A stretch of 64,000 nt of DNA, from the NCBI GenBank assembly GCA_050951805.1, contig JBMNJT010000003.1:129163-193162 (forward strand), written 5' to 3'. The position numbers were made by a program, and so were the translations under genes. Below are positions 26,812 to 36,550 of the stretch, in pieces (position 1 is the stretch's first letter; each line of letters starts with the position of its first letter). The notes beneath the pieces were generated by a model. That model worked only from the letters and a program-made list of their open reading frames with translations, made no database searches and was not told the DNA's origin. The DNA comes from Bacillota bacterium. GTDB taxonomy: Bacteria; Bacillota; DTU025.

Positions 26812-29800
26812 TTGGCCTCGACATCGATATCGAGGTTCTACGACTGGTTCGTTGACACGCTCACAGATGAGAAGCTCGATCAGGTGATCGATGAGGTCGT
26901 GGGGGGCGCAAAACATGCGGGCGCACCGCGCAAGCGTCCCCCCAAAGGAGGCTCGCTGCCCATTCTGCCACCCGACTGGAAAACTAGGTTCAGTTCGGAA
27001 CAGAAGCGAGAATTCGTGGCAATGATGTGGAAACGCGGCGTAAGGGAATTCACCGAGCACTTCCATGAGGAATACGCAGAGTGCAAGGAAAAAACAGACT
27101 CGTACACCCTCGACAAGATCGAGGATGAAAAGGACGAACTGATCAGCGCCTACGGAGGTCCGGCTGTTGTCCTTTGCCTGGTGTTGCAGCCACTCGACTA
27201 CAAGCAGGAACTGGGCCTTCGGATCATGGATGAGCTTGGCGACACGTGCAAAGCGCCTCGCCTCAGCGGACATGGGTCTTACGACTTGGCTTTAGGATTG
27301 CGAGATATTGCATCGGCGCTTCGCTCAGGCGAAATCGATGTCTCTGAAGACTCGATGGAAGCTGCCCTTTCTGATGTAGCCAGAGCATGGGCCGAATACA
27401 AGGAGACAAGCGTGGAGAGGCTCATCACTCGGATCGAGTCGACGCTCAACTTGATGGCAGAGCCATACACCGCATATTCATCCTTTTTCAAGGTTGCCCC
27501 GGGCCTTCCTATGGAAATAGGCGCATATGATAGCCTTGATGGGGATGACGCCCGGGCGGTCTTAGCCGAACTTGAGGCTGTGGCCGACAAGGTCAACGAG
27601 ACACGTGAGTTGTTATCACGGCCAGGATTGAGTATCGATGAAGTCGAAGAGCAGCTTACTGCCGCGAAAGCTGCGCATGAAGAAATAGCGGCGGCAACCG
27701 AACGGGTTATGACGCGCTTGCCCCAGAAGCCTAATCCCCCCGAGGATCCTACCCCCCAAAACGACTCAGACGGCAAGAAGATTCACCACACCCAACCGCC
27801 AACCCCGCCTGAGCCCGATCCCCAGTCCAAAGAAAAGGGATCTTGCTCGAAATCTACATCGGACTTGGATCCAGGATTGAATGGCCCCTCCGAGGGTGAA
27901 CCTGAGCCAGAAGAGGAGCCGGACACTGACATAACATCAGATGAGGAGCCTGGCGAGGCAGAAGAGACTAGTAATGAGTGGGCTGATGGGGAATCCCCGA
28001 GTGCTGAAGCCTGTCCCGCACAGTCTGAAGCGGAGCCAGAGCCTGAAGCAGAACCCGAGCCGGAGATTGAATCGGTTAGGCTCCGCACTTGTCAACGGGA
28101 AGAGTTGTCCCAACCCTGTGATCTGAAGTCCGCTATCAGAGATGCGCTGGCCGCCAAGGATTACGTTGTCGCTTACTGGTTGGCTCGCGAAGCTGAAGCC
28201 AGTAATCGCGCCAGTTTAACGTTGCCTTCATGGCTCTATGCCGCGTGCTGCCTGGGTTCGGGCGAGTACGCTGCGAACCCGTATGCTCTACGGGCCCTCG
28301 ACATCATCTACACAGAGCATTCAGCCCCAATGAGCGAGATACGTGGAGAGCGGAGGCCTGGCGAAAGCCATGCTCCCTATTACGTCATTGCCGCCTCCAT
28401 TGGTCCCGCCTTGTTCTCTCCCGACTATGCGGCCTTGGAATGGTTGAGGGATGCAGAACGCAACCTTGGTGCCAAAGATGAGACCCTTGTCTTGCTGGTA
28501 AGAGAGGTCCTAGATCTTCGCGCGCGTGTGAGCGGGGGCGTAGCTTTCGCGCTTGGGACTCAAGATCAGCGAGCCTCAGCAGTTGATTGGGGCGAAATGG
28601 CCAGCATGACGGCTCGACGGATTGAAGATTGGGTCGAGGTTACAAGAACAGCCAGGAGCAGGTACCTTCACGCTACTCGGGCCCAAAACTACCTTGCTAG
28701 CGTTGAGTCGCCTCTTTGGCCTGCAATCGAAGCGGCTATGAGCAATGACCCGAGCCGCATCGATACAGTGAATTCTGCATTGAACAGTGATCTATCAGGG
28801 CGTAAGGCCATGGAAACACTCATTGATAATGCGGTGAAGATTACTTCGGCCACAGCCCCGAAGCGAATAGCGCTCGAGGGGCGAACTCGGGACGACGTGC
28901 TCAAGAAGGTGGAAAACCTTGCCCAACTTCTTAGCGACTGGAGCGCAGCCGTTGCCCATGAGAGAGCGTTCCAGTATGGCGGTGGCTCTGGTGAAGGTGT
29001 GACGGCCCGATTGAGGCATATCGGCAAGCTGGCTTCGGAAGCCAAAGGCCAACTCTCGGAAGATGGAGGATCTGCTACTGCTCTGTCGGATGCCCTTGAA
29101 ATGGTGGCAAAAGCGATTGATGACGGCGTGCTGCCGCAATCCGCGGATGGCACAAGCATGTGCGATAGCGCATGGAAACGCGAACTCGTGTGCCCTCTCT
29201 TGCTAATTGCCAACCCACCCGCTGAGGAAATATCTAAATGGTTGGAACAGGGAAGCTTTGGGCTGCCCGACTTCGAGTCGACACGCAATGGGAAGCCGGG
29301 CTTTTCTGAAACCGCAAATCTCGCTGCTGAAAGTATGGAGGAGGCATTCTATGCCCACATCGTTCGCGGAGACTTTCCTGCGGCGCGGCTTGCCATGTCT
29401 TACCTGTCGCCCGTAGATGATGAGCATGAGTCAACTCGTTCAAAGATCAACGCCGCATATGACAGGGCTGTGAAAAGTCTGACTAGGGAAGCCATGAATA
29501 GCGTGAAGACAGCCCGCAACAAACTGGAGGAGTCGACTCTGATGCACTTCGTCAACGATGCGGCGCGAAGCCGGCTTGAAGGGGAACTTCTCACGGCCGA
29601 GGATTGGCTTGCAAGATCCCAAAGCGCTCCATCAGAAGCGGTGAATGTAGGAGAGGTATCCGCTCAAATCGATGCTGTCATGAGAGAACTCGATATCCTC
29701 AAGAAGGAACGCGCTCGATCATTGGCTCGACAGGTAGAAGAGTTCGATCATCAGTTGGATGTCGGACAGAAGGACCTGGCGCAAGAGGTTGCCAACGCGG

Positions 29801-32781
29801 CGCGGATGCATCTTCAGACTGCGCGCCAGAAGCTGGCGGAAAACGATCTTGTGTTGGCAGATCATTACATTGTCACTGCCGAGCAGGTGGTGGATCTTGG
29901 AGAGGTGTTTGAGGCCGAAGAGAAGTCTCCCAAAGATCACCCATATGTTCTGGAGTTCTGCGACATTGCAGGCAAGATAGAGCGCTACTTGGAGGATTAC
30001 AGAGGACGTCCCGCAGATCTCGTGTCAACGATTCTCCGCATCCGAAATCCTATCGGGCTCAATATGCGGCGCGTTCCCCCCAAGCGCGTCGAAGAGGCAG
30101 AGGCCGGCCTTGAAGCCTACTTCTTCCTCAAAGGCAAACGAAGATCGGCAGATGAACCATGGTTTGCCGACAACCTCAAGCTGCTTTTGAGCTTTGTAGG
30201 GTTTGGCAGGCCGAAAGTATCACTCACTGCATATGACTCGCAGTACGCTTACTTCAAAGCCACCATGGATGGCGAGAATATGTCGCCCCTGGCCGATTTC
30301 GGTTCTGAGCGAAATCGTTGCTACGATGTGGTGTTGATGTACGAGCGGCCTAGCATCACGCAGATGCGTCAGATACTTGGAAGGCACGGCCTGGAGACGT
30401 CTAGACCTGTTATCATCTACATGGGCAGAATGCGGCCTGCCCAAAGAGGAGAATGGAGTGCTGCCTGCAGGGCTGAAAGGATCACCGCCATGTTTATCGA
30501 TGAGGTTCTTCTGGTCTTTCTCGCCTCAGTCAGAGACAACAGACTGGAAGCTGCTGTAGAGTGCGGAACCGCCTGGGGGTGGGCGATGCCCTACAAATCA
30601 GCAGGTAAGATTCCCCCTGAGATCTTCATGGGACGGAAGCAGATGATAAGGCAGATAGGCGAGCCCCGTGGAAGCTCGCTTGTATATGGGGGTCGGCAAT
30701 TCGGAAAGACGACCCTTCTGCACATGGTCGTACGCGAGTATCATCGTCCGGAGCGTGGAAGCTTTGCCTGGGTTGAGGAGATCAGGAATGTAGGTTCGCC
30801 TGAGGATCCCTATGGTTCCTCCCGGGTATGGCAACTCATATGGAAAAAGCTTGTGGAGTTCGAGCTGTTTCCCAAAACAAAGTCGGGTTCGTCTAGGGAC
30901 GCTCAGTCACCTGATGAGATATCTTCCCGCATAGAAAGGCGCTTGAATGATGACCCGACGCTGAGAATTCTCGTCCTATTAGATGAAGCTGACCAATTCT
31001 TAGAGTGCGAGAAGAGAAGCAACTTCGATGAGCTCAGCCGAATGCGCACGCTCATGGAAAAGACCGACTACCGCTTTAAAGTGGTCTTCTGTGGCCTCAA
31101 AGACGTCCAGCGTTACTACACAGAGGTCAACCATCCGTTCGCCCAGCTGAGCAAGCCAGTGGAGGTTGGGGCGCTAGAGCCTCAGGCAGCAATAGCCTTG
31201 ATAAAGGGACCCATGGAGAGCTTGGGCATCTTCTTCGAAAGCGAAGATGTCGTCACCAGGATACTCTCATACACCAATTACCATCCCGCCCTCATACAGC
31301 TGTTCTGCGCCGAACTGGTAGAAAGGGTTCGCTCGCGGAGCGACGAGCCCCCATATACCTGCACCATGCAGGATGTTGAAGACATCTATCTGACTGAATC
31401 GTTTAGGATCGAAATGCGGAACCGTTTTGAATGGACCATTGCCTTGGACCCAAGATACCAGGTGATAGTGTATGCGATGATCCTGGAGCAATTGGACGAG
31501 AGCGACGGCTATCGGAAACGGTTTTCGGTATCGGAAATAGGAGAGATGGTGGAGGCCTATTGGCCCGAGGCATTTAGCGGGGCCGGCGTCGGCGACCTCC
31601 GTCCCCTTCTGGACGAGCTGATCAGCCTTGGAGTTTTGGTGAGGACCGAGGACGGCCTGTACCGTCTCAGAAGCGCCAATGTGGTTCGGGCGCTCGGTTC
31701 GCCGGGCGACATCATGTCGCGGTTGGAAGACATCATCTCGAAACCGCCGCCGTCAGATGACAAGTCCAGCATACTTCGGGTGGAGAGAGGGAAGGGCCAT
31801 ACGAAATGGGGGTCTATCACTCTATCTCAGGCGAGGGAGTTGGCGAGACCAGCCTCAGGAATTGCCCTTGTGTTTGGCAGCAACGCCCTGGACATCAATG
31901 GAGTAAGGCCAGCGCTGCAGACATTTCTCAAGCCTACAATGGACGCGGGGCCTGACTTGTTTTCGGTATCAGAGATGCCGGCAAGCTGCAAATCGGCAAG
32001 GGATGTTGTAGCGGCCATAAACCGCGAAACTTCGCGGCCGGTTACAGGTCGACGTATCATGTTCTCGAAGTCGTCATGTATGACGTTGACTGCAGAGAAC
32101 ATGGCAGAGGCGATGGAGACGGTCGGGGCCAGGCTCCAGAGGTTTGCAAGGGGCGGGCGAGAAGTAGCCAAGTGGATCCTGCTTCTTCATCCTGCAGAGG
32201 CGGAACAATGGTTCCTCATGCCCGAAAACGCCAGGGCCGGGATCGAGCAGCACATAGTTTCCGAGGCCAAGCTCGCCAAGTGGGATAGGGAGATGATTGC
32301 GCACTGTCTCGAATGCGAAGACCTGATAAACACCTCTCACGCAGTGAACTGCGTATACGAAGCCACCGGCGGATGGCCGTGCCTCATGTCGCAGTTTATG
32401 AAACGCGCTCTTGCTTGGCATAAAGAGACTCAGAATCCGGATGTGTCTGGGCTGGCGGCGCAGTTTGAAAAGGATTTTCTGGACAACGAGGGTGGTATGC
32501 GCGATCGTTTCATCGCTAGCTCTGGTATAGACGCCATCACATGTGGGCGGCAGATTGCACGCCTCGTTGCCGAGCTGGGACCCATGACATTGGAGGATCT
32601 ACACAGCGCATGCAAGTTGGAGGAATACCCTGAGTTGGCCAAGCTTTCCCCGGAGTCCATAGAGGCGGCGGCAGCGGCCTTCGTGGCATGCAGAGTTTTC
32701 GACGGCGAAGGTTTAGCCGGGGAATCCTCATTCCTGCTCACGTGCGACCCGACAGCAGCAAAGGTGGTGCTACTGCCTTGA
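26812..32781 (+). CDS. Giant (~1990 aa) STAND-like P-loop NTPase
   Basis: PY...IFMGRK, Walker A GGRQFGKT (30688-711), Walker B LVLLDEAD, YHPALIQ, a wHTH-like segment, then a second degenerate module ending ATGGWP. Probable TTG start at 26812 after GGGAGGGA; the ORF is open from 26638. Confidence 0.8.
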   Translation: MASTSISRFYDWFVDTLTDEKLDQVIDEVVGGAKHAGAPRKRPPKGGSLPILPPDWKTRFSSEQKREFVAMMWKRGVREFTEHFHEEYAECKEKTDSYTLDKIEDEKDELISAYGGPAVVLCLVLQPLDYKQELGLRIMDELGDTCKAPRLSGHGSYDLALGLRDIASALRSGEIDVSEDSMEAALSDVARAWAEYKETSVERLITRIESTLNLMAEPYTAYSSFFKVAPGLPMEIGAYDSLDGDDARAVLAELEAVADKVNETRELLSRPGLSIDEVEEQLTAAKAAHEEIAAATERVMTRLPQKPNPPEDPTPQNDSDGKKIHHTQPPTPPEPDPQSKEKGSCSKSTSDLDPGLNGPSEGEPEPEEEPDTDITSDEEPGEAEETSNEWADGESPSAEACPAQSEAEPEPEAEPEPEIESVRLRTCQREELSQPCDLKSAIRDALAAKDYVVAYWLAREAEASNRASLTLPSWLYAACCLGSGEYAANPYALRALDIIYTEHSAPMSEIRGERRPGESHAPYYVIAASIGPALFSPDYAALEWLRDAERNLGAKDETLVLLVREVLDLRARVSGGVAFALGTQDQRASAVDWGEMASMTARRIEDWVEVTRTARSRYLHATRAQNYLASVESPLWPAIEAAMSNDPSRIDTVNSALNSDLSGRKAMETLIDNAVKITSATAPKRIALEGRTRDDVLKKVENLAQLLSDWSAAVAHERAFQYGGGSGEGVTARLRHIGKLASEAKGQLSEDGGSATALSDALEMVAKAIDDGVLPQSADGTSMCDSAWKRELVCPLLLIANPPAEEISKWLEQGSFGLPDFESTRNGKPGFSETANLAAESMEEAFYAHIVRGDFPAARLAMSYLSPVDDEHESTRSKINAAYDRAVKSLTREAMNSVKTARNKLEESTLMHFVNDAARSRLEGELLTAEDWLARSQSAPSEAVNVGEVSAQIDAVMRELDILKKERARSLARQVEEFDHQLDVGQKDLAQEVANAARMHLQTARQKLAENDLVLADHYIVTAEQVVDLGEVFEAEEKSPKDHPYVLEFCDIAGKIERYLEDYRGRPADLVSTILRIRNPIGLNMRRVPPKRVEEAEAGLEAYFFLKGKRRSADEPWFADNLKLLLSFVGFGRPKVSLTAYDSQYAYFKATMDGENMSPLADFGSERNRCYDVVLMYERPSITQMRQILGRHGLETSRPVIIYMGRMRPAQRGEWSAACRAERITAMFIDEVLLVFLASVRDNRLEAAVECGTAWGWAMPYKSAGKIPPEIFMGRKQMIRQIGEPRGSSLVYGGRQFGKTTLLHMVVREYHRPERGSFAWVEEIRNVGSPEDPYGSSRVWQLIWKKLVEFELFPKTKSGSSRDAQSPDEISSRIERRLNDDPTLRILVLLDEADQFLECEKRSNFDELSRMRTLMEKTDYRFKVVFCGLKDVQRYYTEVNHPFAQLSKPVEVGALEPQAAIALIKGPMESLGIFFESEDVVTRILSYTNYHPALIQLFCAELVERVRSRSDEPPYTCTMQDVEDIYLTESFRIEMRNRFEWTIALDPRYQVIVYAMILEQLDESDGYRKRFSVSEIGEMVEAYWPEAFSGAGVGDLRPLLDELISLGVLVRTEDGLYRLRSANVVRALGSPGDIMSRLEDIISKPPPSDDKSSILRVERGKGHTKWGSITLSQARELARPASGIALVFGSNALDINGVRPALQTFLKPTMDAGPDLFSVSEMPASCKSARDVVAAINRETSRPVTGRRIMFSKSSCMTLTAENMAEAMETVGARLQRFARGGREVAKWILLLHPAEAEQWFLMPENARAGIEQHIVSEAKLAKWDREMIAHCLECEDLINTSHAVNCVYEATGGWPCLMSQFMKRALAWHKETQNPDVSGLAAQFEKDFLDNEGGMRDRFIASSGIDAITCGRQIARLVAELGPMTLEDLHSACKLEEYPELAKLSPESIEAAAAAFVACRVFDGEGLAGESSFLLTCDPTAAKVVLLP

Positions 32782-34115
32782 TTGACATGTCGGCGAGAGT
32801 CAGGTCCTTGCCTGGACCGTCGTGGGCGGCAGGCAGTGTTGTGGATGATCTGTGCATGGGCCGCGGGGTCGTTTGGGCCTTCCCGCGGCCCGCTCCCGCA
32901 ATAGAACTCATCACAGAAACAGTGGACAGGCTTTATGATGCAGGCATTGAGACACACGTCGTAAGAGTGTCGGAGCATGTAGATCCCGAGGGAGGAAAAG
33001 CGAGGCAGCGCGACATGCCTGCCCTTGAAGACACGATCCGAAAGGTCACAGGAAAGGCAGCCCCCCGCGAGCTGCTCGATGGGAAATTCACCCCGGTAGT
33101 GACGGTCTTTGATGCCTTGGATATCTGCGACGAGGTTGCGCAGAAGGCTGTAGATGTGGGCATGATGACCACCCTTAGAGAATGGGCGGTTCAATCCAGA
33201 GAGGATTATCGCAGAACCGGCATTTTTGCAGGCGTGATGTTGGTCACTACGGGGAGCGTCGCGGCCCATGTCGCGCCCGACAACGATTGTCTCAGGACGA
33301 GATGGCACTGGGGGACAGTGACAGTTGCGGAGCTGTGCCTACTTGCGAGGGAGATCGCTGCAGATCTCAAACTTGGCTGGGAAAGATCCACATGGATGCA
33401 GTGGGTTGGTTCGGAAGTGGCGGGAACTGATCCCGCATTGCTGGTGCATTTGTGCGAGCAATGGGAGCCTGCTGAAGGAATGTCTCAGCTCATTAATGTA
33501 CTGTGTAGTTATGCAATGAGGCAAGGCTGGACGGCGAAGGACTACGCCAGTGTCCCTCGGAACCTGGGAGAGCCCTTTACTCCGGGTCGTACGAGGCGTC
33601 CGCCATGCCCGCCAGAGCATCTGGCGGCACTGTACGATTTGGGAATGCTGGACTGGGAGGCAGAAAGAGGCCTGCGCCTCCACTCAGCTGCGCTGGCTTT
33701 GGCCGGCGATGTGACGGAGATATCCCACAGAGTGTGGGCAGGGCAGGCAGGCTGTTTGCTTCCGCTGTTCGATAGAGAACGCCTCGAGATCTGCAGGCGT
33801 CTTGATGAGGAATCGGGGGGCTGGCGGAACTGGTGCGCAAGGACTGAAGACCGCAACTGCAGCGGTCTGGCTGTTTTCAATGACTCCGGCGCAGACCAGG
33901 CGGTGGATGAAGGTACTCCAGTGATGGAGTTTGCCGATATCCGTCAATACCTTAGCTGCAACAGAAATAGATCCACAGCGGCGTTGCTTAAGAGAGTCGA
34001 TTTTTTGACGAAGGCCCGCAATTGTCTCGCACATTATACCCCGCTGTCCTGGGAGAACTTTAGCGCTGCACTGAAATGGCATGGATCTGCTGAGGAGTTT
34101 GCGGGGAAGGGATAG
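32778..34115 (+). CDS. Hypothetical protein (~445 aa) with C-terminal HEPN-like RNCLAH motif
   Basis: TTGA overlap with the NTPase stop, SD AAGGTGG, and RNCLAH at 34017-34034. Confidence 0.7.
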   Translation: MIDMSARVRSLPGPSWAAGSVVDDLCMGRGVVWAFPRPAPAIELITETVDRLYDAGIETHVVRVSEHVDPEGGKARQRDMPALEDTIRKVTGKAAPRELLDGKFTPVVTVFDALDICDEVAQKAVDVGMMTTLREWAVQSREDYRRTGIFAGVMLVTTGSVAAHVAPDNDCLRTRWHWGTVTVAELCLLAREIAADLKLGWERSTWMQWVGSEVAGTDPALLVHLCEQWEPAEGMSQLINVLCSYAMRQGWTAKDYASVPRNLGEPFTPGRTRRPPCPPEHLAALYDLGMLDWEAERGLRLHSAALALAGDVTEISHRVWAGQAGCLLPLFDRERLEICRRLDEESGGWRNWCARTEDRNCSGLAVFNDSGADQAVDEGTPVMEFADIRQYLSCNRNRSTAALLKRVDFLTKARNCLAHYTPLSWENFSAALKWHGSAEEFAGKG

Positions 34116-34345
34116 GGCTTGGACATTGGCTCATGCTGATAGCTAGCGCGAGACCTCTGGGAAACCCCGATTAAATGAAGAAGCAGGTCTAAAGCAGGGG
34201 AGCGACTTCGGTCAATCCAGGCGATAGCAGCTAAACTTGCTGATGGGCTCATTCCACTTCAAAAAGTCTGAAAAGGAGCTGTTTGTCTGAGCAGTTCAGG
34301 CGCTGTCTAACTTGCTTAACCCCTACGGGGGCGGGGTATATAGGG

Positions 34346-34773
34346 TTACGAGTAGGTCGTAGATGCGAGGTTTTGTGGGGTTACGTGGTTGGTTGTGTGC
34401 GGCTTGGGCAAGGTTAGCTGACATGTCGGTGGGCTATGGATATAAGCAGGGGTGTATGGTAGGTGAAGCACGGTTGCGCATTCCAATTAATGTAATACAG
34501 CGAATATTTCGTAGCGTTTTGTGCTACACTACGAATATTTCGTGGACACAATGACATTTATAGGTAATATATAGGAAGTAATGTATATTGGGGCATACTG
34601 AGGTCGGATTGACCTCGTTTTGGGCTCGGCTTGGTGCTATATTTCTCCAATAATAGACATAGCATGCCACATAGCATCCAGATAAACCAATTAACCCTCA
34701 CGTTATGTTAACCTACATTTTGACCCTACGATTTTTTCGTAGCATAGGAAAAAACATTACGAGAAAATCGTAG
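34346..34773. repeat. Five 17-bp palindromic motifs, consensus YTACGA-N5-TCGTAG
   Basis: Copies start at 34346, 34498, 34529, 34726 and 34757. The last four form two pairs, each exactly 31 bp apart. Confidence 0.8.
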
Positions 34774-34877
34774 TGTCGGTGGCGATCGACCCACTCGTCG
34801 CATGGTTGACGAGTCTGCCTCTATAGCTCACACGAACAATGAAGCCGAGGACCGCAGGCTTTATCCCCAGCGCACTC

Positions 34878-35639
34878 TCAGTCGCAGCTTTCACTCTGCC
34901 TTTGAGTTTTGGCGAGATGACCCATATAGCTATCGTAGATCTGAGTAAGTTCGCTTACTATTGGCCCTCGCTGTCTATATTGCCGCAGTGGCAGCCACGC
35001 AACCTTTTGGAGCATTACTCGAAGGTTTAGGTCTTCTGCGGTTACCTCTACAAGCCGGACACCGTGCCGTGCACAAATCCCTGCCTTCGTATTGTCGCGG
35101 CGTTGCTGTTCAACCAGTGCCAACGGATCCGGATACATCAGGGTCGTCTGGAAGTGCTGCTGGCCTTGAAACTCGAAAGCTGTTCTCAACCCCTTATACT
35201 CACGATCAAACTCCATTTTGTGCCCTGTTGATGTCTGCCGAAGCCATTCAGGCCTCGAGTGGTCGAGGTAGTCAGCTGACACGACAAGATAGTCGAGCCA
35301 ACAAGTCATCAGCCATTCACCAAGATACGGGACATTCCACCTGTCGTTCCGTATTGACTTGGCAATCTCCGATTCCACCCTAACCGGCCAGGTGGTGACG
35401 ATTTGCCTCTGGCGAGCGCTAGGTTGCCTTAGATCCATAACCCATCCTTTGGATTTTAGATGTGCAACCGCTGCTCGTGCCGAGTCCAGTGATGAGCCAA
35501 TGCCTGCAGCGATGTTGCTGATTGATTCCGGGCGCCTTCCAATCAGGAACAGGTAGACACTCTGAGCCCGTGGACAGGCTCGAGTATCATTGAACAGAGC
35601 TTCTGGGATTGTGTGCTGAATGTGCTGTCGGAAGGACAA
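34878..35639 (-). CDS. wHTH + Vsr/DUF559-like endonuclease-fold protein
   Basis: SISNIAAGIGSSLDSARAAVAHLKSKGWV (wHTH), then RPEWL...MEFDREY...AFEFQGQQHF...RDNTK...GVRLVEV. Confidence 0.7.
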   Translation of the reverse strand: MSFRQHIQHTIPEALFNDTRACPRAQSVYLFLIGRRPESISNIAAGIGSSLDSARAAVAHLKSKGWVMDLRQPSARQRQIVTTWPVRVESEIAKSIRNDRWNVPYLGEWLMTCWLDYLVVSADYLDHSRPEWLRQTSTGHKMEFDREYKGLRTAFEFQGQQHFQTTLMYPDPLALVEQQRRDNTKAGICARHGVRLVEVTAEDLNLRVMLQKVAWLPLRQYRQRGPIVSELTQIYDSYMGHLAKTQRQSESCD

Positions 35640-35899
35640 CGCATTTCACCTCACGAAAAAACAGGTCAGGAACGTATTGATATTATCCACATAATACCAT
35701 CCACGGGTCGTGCAGGCAATATGGTCAGACGTTTGTCATCCTGGTTAGCCTGAAAGAACATCTCGTTGCGGGCAGATACTTCGAGAAGGGCCTAAGGTAA
35801 AGGCCTTTAGCACTGAATGGAGAAATCAAGCTTGGAGACTATCATGTTCGTTGGCTTGTCAAAAAACTCTGCGGGTCTTGAAAACCGGGCGAAAAAGGA

Positions 35900-36142
35900 G
35901 TGGCTGAGACTGTGAATAGGACGGGATCAGAGACGCCAATAAGGATCGAAGTTGAGGCGACGGGTGGAACCTCTGTTGCAGCGGGCGACAGGGTGCGCTG
36001 TGGTCAGGACTTGGGCATTTCCCCCGACTTTAGTGAACGTGTTGTGTGTCATGTCGATGGTTTGGTAGAAGCTTGTGTCTTCAACTCTGATACGCACAGG
36101 TTTGAGATAACAATCGTTCCCGATAATGCAAAAAAGGAGTAG
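35900..36142 (+). CDS. Small hypothetical protein, barrel-sandwich-hybrid-like
   Basis: SD-like AAGG before a GTG start. The V..GDRV..GQ.LG...V...DG.V pattern recalls biotinyl/lipoyl-like folds. Confidence 0.5.
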   Translation: MAETVNRTGSETPIRIEVEATGGTSVAAGDRVRCGQDLGISPDFSERVVCHVDGLVEACVFNSDTHRFEITIVPDNAKKE

Positions 36143-36208
36143 AGTAGACTTGCATCAGCAATGCGGTTTGATGAGAACTGGCTGAGCGGCCGAAGGAGGA
36201 CTAGAAAA

Positions 36209-36511
36209 GTGGTAAGGCATGTAGTCATGTGGAGCCTCGCAGATGAGGCTGCTGGCGGCGTTAAGCAGCAAAACGCAGCCATTATCAAGGAGGGGCTTGA
36301 AGCCCTTGTCGGGAAGATTGAAGGCTTAATCGGCCTGGAAGTAGGCATCAATGCCCTCGAACTTGCTGGAAACTACGACATAGTGCTCATAGCTGATTTC
36401 CAGGACGAAGCTGCTTTGGAGCGTTATCAGGTCCATCCCGAGCACGTGAAAGTAGCCGACTTCATAAAGAAGGTCAGGCTGGAGCGGGTTGCCGTGGATT
36501 ACCTAATGTAG
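36209..36511 (+). CDS. Dabb (stress-responsive alpha/beta barrel) protein
   Basis: MVRHVVMW...LVGKIEG...EVGIN...YDIVL..DF...L..YQVHPEH...DY. SD AAGGAGG. Confidence 0.9.
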   Translation: MVRHVVMWSLADEAAGGVKQQNAAIIKEGLEALVGKIEGLIGLEVGINALELAGNYDIVLIADFQDEAALERYQVHPEHVKVADFIKKVRLERVAVDYLM

Positions 36512-36550
36512 CATCCATAACAGATACAGATACCCGACAGATTTCCGGCC

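Larger units (their letters stand above)
12750..35700. mobile_element. Accessory (defence-like) island interrupting the flagellar cluster
   Basis: Abrupt switch from co-oriented flagellar genes to an IS fragment, intron, TA genes and large helicase/NTPase genes on both strands. No integrase or att repeats were seen, so boundaries are approximate. Confidence 0.7.

Noticed and set aside
27720-28070. EPEPE/PEPD repeats as a VNTR or mobile repeat
   Set aside because: The codons are varied. It is a low-complexity protein linker, not a DNA tandem repeat.
34346-34773. Palindrome array as a CRISPR array
   Set aside because: The repeats are only 17 bp and degenerate, with gaps of 14 bp within pairs and over 130 bp between them. 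There are no cas genes in the window.
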